Origin: Ginkgo biloba | Taxonomy: Eukaryota; Plantae; Ginkgophyta | Length of the DNA stretch: 19,247 nt | NCBI GenBank assembly: GCA_024626585.2 | Contig: JANKJI020000002.1 | Span: forward strand, 239,752,776-239,772,022 | Direction of reading: 5' to 3' | Shown: positions 10,985-19,247 of the stretch, one piece after another | Layout: every line of letters starts with the position of its first letter | How positions within the stretch are numbered: position 1 is the first letter of the stretch | Translations under genes and position numbers: made by a program | The notes under the pieces: model-generated | What the model was told of the DNA's origin: nothing | The model's input: only the letters and a program-made list of their open reading frames with translations | The model's database searches: none

Positions 10985-11968
10985 CCATTGGACTGGCTAG
11001 ATTGATGGCCCTACTCACTAATGCCTTGGCTACTGTTTCCTCCAATTAGTCCTGTCAGCCCCTTCGAGTTGCAGAGGTCTATAAGCCAAGGTTGCCCTAT
11101 GGTGCCAACATTGTTTGTGCTAGTTGCAAATGTTCTTAGATACCTTTTGGCTAATAGATCCGTAGAAGGGATGACCAGGGGTATTTCCCCCCCCTCCAAG
11201 TATTGACCAAATGATTAATGAGCACTTCACAGATGACTCTTTTCTCATTATGGATATCTCAAAAAGGGTCATTGAAACCACGGTGGAGTGTTTGGAGATA
11301 TTTTATGAGGCCTACGACTCTAGTATTCAATGGGGGAAAATCCTATGCTATTGGAAATCTACCAAAGATACCCCCAAGTGGGTAAAAGATTATGGATGGA
11401 TATGGGTTTCTAGTAGGGAATTATTTATGTTCCTAGGAACCCCTTTTGGTTTCCAAGCGTCGCTCACAAATGTGTGGAAGTATGTTATCAACAGGGTGGA
11501 AAAGAAGTTAGAATACTGGGGAACAAGGATCACGGATCTTTTAGAATTACTTCATATTGCTTCTAAAGTGATTAATGCTTTGTATGTTTATTACTCCTCC
11601 TATTGGGTTGTGTCTAAGTCAACCTATAATGGGCTTTAGAAGTTGGTTAGAAATTTCCTATGGTCCCCGTCTAACAGAGAAAAGGGTTCCACTGAGTGAA
11701 ATGGAAAATATATTATACTACTAAACCACAAGGTGGATTATGAATTAGTGATATCCATCACGAAGGTCTCTCTTTATGCTCCAAATGGATTATTAAAGCA
11801 GTAGAGGGAATGAAAGCTCAAAAAGTTCTCATTTGCCATAATATCTTAACAAGCCAAATTAATGGCAAGAAATGTTAGAGCAATCTCCCACTTCAAACCC
11901 TCATATTGATGCCTTCCAAAGTCCAAGTTACAAGGTGACGTGCCCGCTCGATGTCGGAGGTTTTAAAG
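10985..11968 (+). mobile_element. Degenerate LINE ORF2 fragment, L1/Tx1-like reverse transcriptase (C-terminal part)
   Basis: PFELQRSISQGCPMVPTLFVLV (QG at 11087-11092), a frameshift, then QMINEHFTDDSFL (F-x-DD at 11226-11237), FMFLGTPFG, WKYVINRVEKKLEYW, LVRNFLW, VKW...KPQGGL*ISD...LCSKWII. This is the motif order of plant L1 ORF2. It runs into the gap at 11969. Confidence 0.88.
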
Positions 11969-13176
11969 NNNNNNNNNNNNNNNNNNNNNNNNNNNNNNNN
12001 NNNNNNNNNNNNNNNNNNNNNNNNNNNNNNNNNNNNNNNNNNNNNNNNNNNNNNNNNNNNNNNNNNNNNNNNNNNNNNNNNNNNNNNNNNNNNNNNNNNN
12101 NNNNNNNNNNNNNNNNNNNNNNNNNNNNNNNNNNNNNNNNNNNNNNNNNNNNNNNNNNNNNNNNNNNNNNNNNNNNNNNNNNNNNNNNNNNNNNNNNNNN
12201 NNNNNNNNNNNNNNNNNNNNNNNNNNNNNNNNNNNNNNNNNNNNNNNNNNNNNNNNNNNNNNNNNNNNNNNNNNNNNNNNNNNNNNNNNNNNNNNNNNNN
12301 NNNNNNNNNNNNNNNNNNNNNNNNNNNNNNNNNNNNNNNNNNNNNNNNNNNNNNNNNNNNNNNNNNNNNNNNNNNNNNNNNNNNNNNNNNNNNNNNNNNN
12401 NNNNNNNNNNNNNNNNNNNNNNNNNNNNNNNNNNNNNNNNNNNNNNNNNNNNNNNNNNNNNNNNNNNNNNNNNNNNNNNNNNNNNNNNNNNNNNNNNNNN
12501 NNNNNNNNNNNNNNNNNNNNNNNNNNNNNNNNNNNNNNNNNNNNNNNNNNNNNNNNNNNNNNNNNNNNNNNNNNNNNNNNNNNNNNNNNNNNNNNNNNNN
12601 NNNNNNNNNNNNNNNNNNNNNNNNNNNNNNNNNNNNNNNNNNNNNNNNNNNNNNNNNNNNNNNNNNNNNNNNNNNNNNNNNNNNNNNNNNNNNNNNNNNN
12701 NNNNNNNNNNNNNNNNNNNNNNNNNNNNNNNNNNNNNNNNNNNNNNNNNNNNNNNNNNNNNNNNNNNNNNNNNNNNNNNNNNNNNNNNNNNNNNNNNNNN
12801 NNNNNNNNNNNNNNNNNNNNNNNNNNNNNNNNNNNNNNNNNNNNNNNNNNNNNNNNNNNNNNNNNNNNNNNNNNNNNNNNNNNNNNNNNNNNNNNNNNNN
12901 NNNNNNNNNNNNNNNNNNNNNNCTCTAAACAAGAATCTAATTGAAAATAAAATTCAAAAACAAAAAAATAATGCTTACTGCTTTCAACTAGATTGTGAAA
13001 TATTAAGAGCATGCTCAGGGAGACTGATGCTAGCATTGATCACCATACACAATAGAGTTAACACCAATATGGCATCATCCAAGATTGTAAGTGAATAATA
13101 AGCATGAGAAAACAAATGTACATCTCCCATCTACCAATCAATAAGGCTTTAGAGAGCGCCAAATTGAAATAAGTAC

Positions 13177-13293
13177 CTGCTTCCCATCCCTTAGTTGTTT
13201 ATCTGATGTAGCATGTGACCCTTTACGAACCTCCATATAAGGCAGCCCTTTCTGGTAGCCTTGCAAGGCATTTAAGAGTCCATCCTTTTCTGT
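13177..13293 (-). CDS. GC4: Probable upstream internal exon of the same GC3/GC4 golgin gene (39 codons, phase 0-0)
   Basis: Seen: the minus strand reads gcaatgtag|ACA GAA AAG GAT...GGG AAG CAG|gtactt, 117 nt with no stops, encoding TEKDGLLNALQGYQKGLPYMEVRKGSHATSDKQLRDGKQ. Inference from recalled sequence: TEKDGLLNALQGYQK resembles the poorly conserved ~38-aa GC3/GC4 segment (x)K/ExxELEAALEASQK before FPGKE. Strand and order fit the 4365-4567 exon. It is too short for the ORF track. Confidence 0.6.
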
Positions 13294-14178
13294 CTACATT
13301 GCATAAATGTCATTAGACACAAACAATATCCCACCTGATGGGAAATTCAAAAACAAGGGCTAAAATTGCAGTAATATAAAATCCTTAATATTTTGTAATC
13401 ACACGTAAGGCATTGGGTCCTCCTATACAAATTTTGTGCAAAGATATGTCTTTAACCATACATAAAGAGATTATCAATTTATGCCCCCTAATAACTGCAC
13501 CTTCTGGTCAATGTCCATTGGGCCCCAGGCCAAGGAGAGTATGGCAGGGGCAATTGGCAAATTCCTCGAGCAGTGAAACCCTTTCTCTTTGTTTCACTAT
13601 CCCATAATCTTCAATGTTCTCTTGAATTTTGAGGCAGGGGGGTGCAAAAAAGGAAAATGGAATCACAGATGCATACATTTTAAACTAATTACTCCATAAT
13701 TAATGAACTAAATGTCAAATGAAAAAATCCACAATGATGCCAATATCTAACATAGGTTATGAAGGACAACATGAAACAATGGATGTGCCTCCAATAAGCT
13801 TTGTTATGGGGACAACCAGGTTATAGGCAATGTTCCCAGAATTTGCTTAGAGAACTGGTTCACCAAAATGAGCAAATACTAAATATTTCCGCAAAATATA
13901 ATTTTTGGAAAAAAAAACAAATCCATAAAAAAGGAGAGGGCACTGTAAACTGCTATTACATACCTATACCAAGCTTGAAGGGAAGGTTTCTCAAGAGGAA
14001 GGATTTGTTAGGAGTCAATGTTAAAAGCCGGTATATATAGGCAAAATACACTTTGAAAAAGAGGAAAAGCATTAAGTTCAAAAAATGAAGCCAGTTCATT
14101 AGCATTACAGCTTTTAATAGCACCACTTGAAGAAGCCATGATAAAAAGAAAGGAAAGGCAATCAAAGTCCCAAAGCTT

Positions 14179-14501
14179 AGCCCAAAATAGAGCACTTCTA
14201 ATCCTTCGAAGAGCGGTTTGAGTAAGGGCACATCCAACAGAAAGTCCCACTATTCTATGGAGGTATGATAGCCCAAATTTGTTATAGAAACAAAGGCTTG
14301 CATAGGCTTGGGAAATTAATTATCATTGGCTTTATTTCTAGCTTTGGGCCAATTGTTTGGCTTGATTGTGTGGTCCTCTCTCTCTCTCTCTCTCTCTCTC
14401 TCCTCCAAATCTGTATTGGCTTGCTAGTGCTCTGCTTTAGAGCAGATTTTCTGATCTGGAGTAGCTCTTTGTGATTAAATTGGTGATGTCTCACTAGAGG
14501 T
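14179..14501 (+). promoter_or_regulatory. Possible plant promoter / 5'-UTR segment upstream of the FPA-like exon
   Basis: Site-II-type motifs (TGGGCY or its complement) at 14179-14184, 14270-14275 and 14345-14350. They are followed by a CT tract, common near plant TSSs and in 5' UTRs, and a possible donor agag|gtattc at 14500-14501. The motifs are short and could be chance. Confidence 0.3.
14376..14402 (+). repeat. (CT)13 microsatellite
   Basis: Directly visible. Confidence 0.95.
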
Positions 14502-14958
14502 ATTCTCAATTTTCTATTGTTGCCGTTGTATTATTAGGGTGACGTCTCATCCTAGGTTTAGTATCTTTTCATTATTGCATGCAAAAGCTCTAGATTGCCT
14601 TGGAAGGTGACACAAGCATACTTACGGGATTGTGCCCTTGTTCCAAATGTTGTTTTGACCTGGTTTGTAAGGAGTGATCTGTTCATTAGATATGCAGTCA
14701 AGTTTGATGTTTAATTTACCAGAGCTCATCAGCAGGTCAATAGGATCTAGATTAGCAAACAGAAGGTTTTATTATGTCTTTTGATGGAGCTTGTTGATTA
14801 ATGTGCTGTGACGTGCAGTCCTTCCCCCATTCCCCTCCAAAACATGTACACACACGCATGCACTGCCGGCACATTTTGTTTTTTCCCGTGGTTTTGAACA
14901 TACAAAATTATGTGTAATAAGCATTTTATTAGTTTGACAAATTTTTTTTTATTGACAG

Positions 14959-15591
14959 GATGCCCATGTTTCATCAGTCCATCGTGCTGAAGAGCATTTG
15001 AGACTTCGAGATGATAGGCACTCTTCTGAAGTGACTGATTTCTCGGGTCTCAGAGATGCAAAAGTTCCTGGACCTAATCACATTGCACCTTCTTCTGATA
15101 AAGCTAAAGGTGATAAGGACGCAGAGCCGAGTGAAGTTTTGTGGATAGGCTTTCCAGCTTACATTAAGGTGGATGAAATGAGCTTAAGAAGGGTGTTTTC
15201 CCCATTTGGTGAGATTGAACACATCACTACGTTTCCTGGTCGTACTTATGCTTTTGTGCAGTTCCAGAGTGTGGTGGAAGCTTGTAGGGCTAAAGAAGCC
15301 CTTCAGGGGAAACTATTTAATAATCCTCGAGTGAACATCTGTTTCTCAAAGAGTGAAGTTGGTCCTGTTGAGCATGGAAGGACTTCAGTAAATGGCACCT
15401 CGCCCTTCTCTCATAAAGCAGTTGCCTATCCTGGAGTGTCTTTGAAGGACGTTGATCGCCACAGACAGGACAGAAACCATGTTATTACCTCGGTAGGATT
15501 ATGTATGCCATCTCCAACTTTTGGTTCAAATCCAGAAAGAATGCAATCTGATCCTAATGTCAAACTTGGTCGTGCTAGTTCTGTAAGGACA
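14959..15591 (+). CDS. Exon (3' end truncated by gap) of an FPA-like Spen-family RRM protein (At4g12640/Spen2-like; a SPOC domain would be expected downstream)
   Basis: Seen: a strong acceptor ttttttttattgacag|GAT at 14958/14959, then 211 stop-free codons to the gap: DAHVSSVH...AEPSEVLWIGFPAYIKVDEMSLRRVFSPFGEIEHITTFPGRTYAFVQFQSVVEACRAKEALQGKLFNNPRVNICFSKSE... RNP2-like LWIGFP and RNP1-like RTYAFVQF are present. Recalled knowledge: EPSEVLxIGFP...FPGRxYAFVQF...AKExLQGKLFxNPRVxICFxKSE is typical of plant FPA/Spen proteins. The TTG start in the ORF track is not the real start. Confidence 0.88.
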
Positions 15592-17401
15592 NNNNNNNNN
15601 NNNNNNNNNNNNNNNNNNNNNNNNNNNNNNNNNNNNNNNNNNNNNNNNNNNNNNNNNNNNNNNNNNNNNNNNNNNNNNNNNNNNNNNNNNNNNNNNNNNN
15701 NNNNNNNNNNNNNNNNNNNNNNNNNNNNNNNNNNNNNNNNNNNNNNNNNNNNNNNNNNNNNNNNNNNNNNNNNNNNNNNNNNNNNNNNNNNNNNNNNNNN
15801 NNNNNNNNNNNNNNNNNNNNNNNNNNNNNNNNNNNNNNNNNNNNNNNNNNNNNNNNNNNNNNNNNNNNNNNNNNNNNNNNNNNNNNNNNNNNNNNNNNNN
15901 NNNNNNNNNNNNNNNNNNNNNNNNNNNNNNNNNNNNNNNNNNNNNNNNNNNNNNNNNNNNNNNNNNNNNNNNNNNNNNNNNNNNNNNNNNNNNNNNNNNN
16001 NNNNNNNNNNNNNNNNNNNNNNNNNNNNNNNNNNNNNNNNNNNNNNNNNNNNNNNNNNNNNNNNNNNNNNNNNNNNNNNNNNNNNNNNNNNNNNNNNNNN
16101 NNNNNNNNNNNNNNNNNNNNNNNNNNNNNNNNNNNNNNNNNNNNNNNNNNNNNNNNNNNNNNNNNNNNNNNNNNNNNNNNNNNNNNNNNNNNNNNNNNNN
16201 NNNNNNNNNNNNNNNNNNNNNNNNNNNNNNNNNNNNNNNNNNNNNNNNNNNNNNNNNNNNNNNNNNNNNNNNNNNNNNNNNNNNNNNNNNNNNNNNNNNN
16301 NNNNNNNNNNNNNNNNNNNNNNNNNNNNNNNNNNNNNNNNNNNNNNNNNNNNNNNNNNNNNNNNNNNNNNNNNNNNNNNNNNNNNNNNNNNNNNNNNNNN
16401 NNNNNNNNNNNNNNNNNNNNNNNNNNNNNNNNNNNNNNNNNNNNNNNNNNCATAAGACTTCAAGATTTCATAGTGCAAATTGGCTAAACGGTCACTCAAG
16501 TAATGAAGTTCGAACCCTACGATGGGATTTGCCCCTAGGATCCCATAAATGATTTTGGTCCTAGTCTCAACAAGCAACCATAGATGATTCTTAAGGTTGA
16601 TTTTCTAATGTTGCCGAAGATTGTTGGCTTCCCTTCGACTATTAAATTGAATTTGCAAACTAACCTTCTGCTTTAGATTTGACCCACATCATTAAAGTCG
16701 GGTGAAGGGTGTAGAGTCCAGTGTATCATTTATAGCTATTAGGCACTAACAATGTGCATGAGGATGCTAGTGGAGGTTTGGTTGCTAATGCAGAAAGCCA
16801 CTTAGGTCACCCAAGGCTTACAACAGATGCCTAGTCCCCATGTCACCATTCCACACCACTAACAATCTTGCCTATACTACTTGTGAAAATTAAATGCTTA
16901 AATTGCATGTGTCATAAATGAATATGAATAAATATCTCAGCATTGCAAATATAAAGTGTTGTGCATATTACATGATCCTGTTACATGTGCTAGTGCTAAA
17001 TGTATGTCGTCATGAAAGATTGTTCTACAGGTTCAACAAGTTTCTTTTGTAGGGATATCTATAGATAGATTTAAATGTGTTGCAAGTATAAAGGTGAGTT
17101 GTTGCAATCAATTTCCTACAAAGCACATGCAAACAATTGCGGTCTTAAAGCTATGTGAAACTCTCCATCAAACGAGAAATTGCATGAAAAAATATCTTAC
17201 CTCTTTTACAAAATTGTTCTTTCCATAGCTGCAGCCGTCTATGAAATTGTTGATCAAGCCATAACCGTTTTCAAAGCATCGAACCAAAAATAAATAAATG
17301 CAAAATCTAAAAAAATATACATAAAAATAAAGTGGAAATCAAAACAAAATAACAGACAAACAAAACAAAGAAATACAGTTAGCTGGCCAGTCTTAACGAA
17401 G

Positions 17402-17520
17402 AACAAAAAATTTATACAAACTTGCAAAACAAAAATAGAGCTCTAAAACAACTCTCAATGAAAACAAACAATTTATACAAAACAAAAATAGAGCTCTAAA
17501 ACAACCCTCAATGAAAACAA
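17402..17520. repeat. Tandem duplication with a 43-bp core, copies 53 bp apart
   Basis: caaaacaaaaatagagctctaaaacaacYctcaatgaaaacaa at 17425-17467 and 17478-17520 with one mismatch. Both copies have aatttataca just upstream. The repeat lies next to the gap at 17530, so the array may be longer. Confidence 0.9.
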
Positions 17521-18768
17521 GATTGCAAANNNNNNNNNNNNNNNNNNNNNNNNNNNNNNNNNNNNNNNNNNNNNNNNNNNNNNNNNNNNNNNNNNNNNNN
17601 NNNNNNNNNNNNNNNNNNNNNNNNNNNNNNNNNNNNNNNNNNNNNNNNNNNNNNNNNNNNNNNNNNNNNNNNNNNNNNNNNNNNNNNNNNNNNNNNNNNN
17701 NNNNNNNNNNNNNNNNNNNNNNNNNNNNNNNNNNNNNNNNNNNNNNNNNNNNNNNNNNNNNNNNNNNNNNNNNNNNNNNNNNNNNNNNNNNNNNNNNNNN
17801 NNNNNNNNNNNNNNNNNNNNNNNNNNNNNNNNNNNNNNNNNNNNNNNNNNNNNNNNNNNNNNNNNNNNNNNNNNNNNNNNNNNNNNNNNNNNNNNNNNNN
17901 NNNNNNNNNNNNNNNNNNNNNNNNNNNNNNNNNNNNNNNNNNNNNNNNNNNNNNNNNNNNNNNNNNNNNNNNNNNNNNNNNNNNNNNNNNNNNNNNNNNN
18001 NNNNNNNNNNNNNNNNNNNNNNNNNNNNNNNNNNNNNNNNNNNNNNNNNNNNNNNNNNNNNNNNNNNNNNNNNNNNNNNNNNNNNNNNNNNNNNNNNNNN
18101 NNNNNNNNNNNNNNNNNNNNNNNNNNNNNNNNNNNNNNNNNNNNNNNNNNNNNNNNNNNNNNNNNNNNNNNNNNNNNNNNNNNNNNNNNNNNNNNNNNNN
18201 NNNCATTCATTTTGTATTACATGTCATTAAGTAGTTTTCACAATCTATAACAAAAGATAGCATAGAGATGAATACAAATATTCAAACGCATCATTTGCAT
18301 ACACATGTATTCATACATATATGAAGGTATTCATTTATGTTAATTTCTAATAAAGTGTGTTAGAATTAGGTATAAGGCAAGGTCATATAGGTAGGATTGT
18401 TAATTCTACAGGATATTTCGTAATAGAGGAATGAGCATTTGTTATTCGCCTTATGGACAACCTAAAAGGCTTATTATGTAAATGGGTAAACCTCTGGTGG
18501 CAACACAATACACACAACCAGTGCNNNNNNNNNNNACTACTATGCTCAACCCCACCCCTCATCCTGCCATCAATAAGGGTGTCATGGCCTAGGTTTGTTT
18601 TCAACCCATTTCTAGCATGAGGATACCCTAAGTTATTGTTCCACCCTTAACTAGTAGTTCTTCGTTTATATTGTGTACTATCAATGCTAATGACAACTCC
18701 ATGAATATTCTTTCAACATTACAATCACTAGGATCTATTTCACAACGTACGACTAATGGAACATTATG

Positions 18769-18869
18769 GGTATCCTTTCAACGCAATAGCCATGCAACCA
18801 ACCATGGGGGCTAATAGACTATAAGGTATCCTTTCAATGTGATAGCCCAATCTCCTGGTATCTTTCAAC
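18769..18869. repeat. Short imperfect direct repeats (ggtatc(c)tttcaa x3) in a decayed Q/P/M-rich coding-like stretch
   Basis: ggtatcctttcaacgcaatagcc (18769-18791), ggtatcctttcaatgtgatagcc (18825-18847) and ggtatctttcaac (18857-18869). Confidence 0.6.
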
Positions 18870-19247
18870 CCAATGCTGATATTAGTCAATGAACGCATGA
18901 AAAATAGAAGAGTTAAATATATCAGATGATCCACCAACAAACATCAGTTATAAAATCCATGTTACATTCAAGACCTAAGGTTTCAACATACGTAGGGAAA
19001 AAATGTTCTACATGGTAAAATAAGGGTTTCTTGTATTAATTAATGACTGCATGCATTATAAAAAGAATTCACAACAATAGTTAAACTATTATTTGTCCCC
19101 ATAAGGAAGCTCCCTACTATGTATGTACCAATCATGCATTAAATTCATTTCTATGAAAAAACAAGAATACTAGAATTGGTCTAATACTCCACAAAAGAAC
19201 ACAGACATGTAAATCCAATAGAATTGGTCTACCTTCAATTCATCAAC

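Noticed and set aside
6481-11968. The two LINE fragments look like complementary RT halves (one ends before QG, the other starts just before it), suggesting one interrupted element
   Set aside because: The clade signatures differ (RTE-like vs L1-like) and several gaps separate them. Independent insertions are more likely.
14008-14509. Cluster of short overlapping ORFs (69-93 aa)
   Set aside because: No similarity to golgin or RRM exons, mostly non-ATG starts, and partly microsatellite-derived.
14690-14740. Possible ATG-containing mini-exon (MQSSLMFNLPELIS...ag|gtcaat) for the FPA-like gene
   Set aside because: Splicing it to 14959 would put this ATG out of frame with the RRM.
17402-17520. 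Repeat-spacer-like patterns here and at 230-330 and 18769-18869 as possible CRISPR arrays
   Set aside because: Only 2-3 imperfect copies, no unique equal-length spacers, no cas genes, and a eukaryotic context.

Overview
Eukaryotic, AT-rich, heavily gapped draft-scaffold window, about 4 kb of N, with five gaps of exactly 100 N that are probably placeholders. It is land-plant nuclear DNA; a large-intron, TE-rich non-model lineage such as a fern or gymnosperm is my inference. Most long ORFs in the track are N-run artefacts. Supported content: (i) a minus-strand Golgin candidate 3/4 (GC3/GC4, GRAB-domain golgin) gene seen as one clear exon (4365-4567) and one probable exon (13177-13293); (ii) a plus-strand intact exon (14959-15591, cut by a gap) encoding an RRM of an FPA-like Spen-family protein, closest in my recollection to Arabidopsis At4g12640; (iii) three decayed plus-strand retroelements: Ty3/gypsy RT (1290-~2045), RTE-like LINE RT (6481-~7345) and L1/Tx1-like LINE RT (~10985-11968); (iv) CT microsatellites and short duplications. 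The most notable point is that the probable golgin exon and the FPA-like exon lie on opposite strands of one ungapped contig and both look internal, which suggests nested or interleaved antisense genes. I see no prokaryotic system, CRISPR array or RNA gene, and nothing that firmly amounts to a new biological system.
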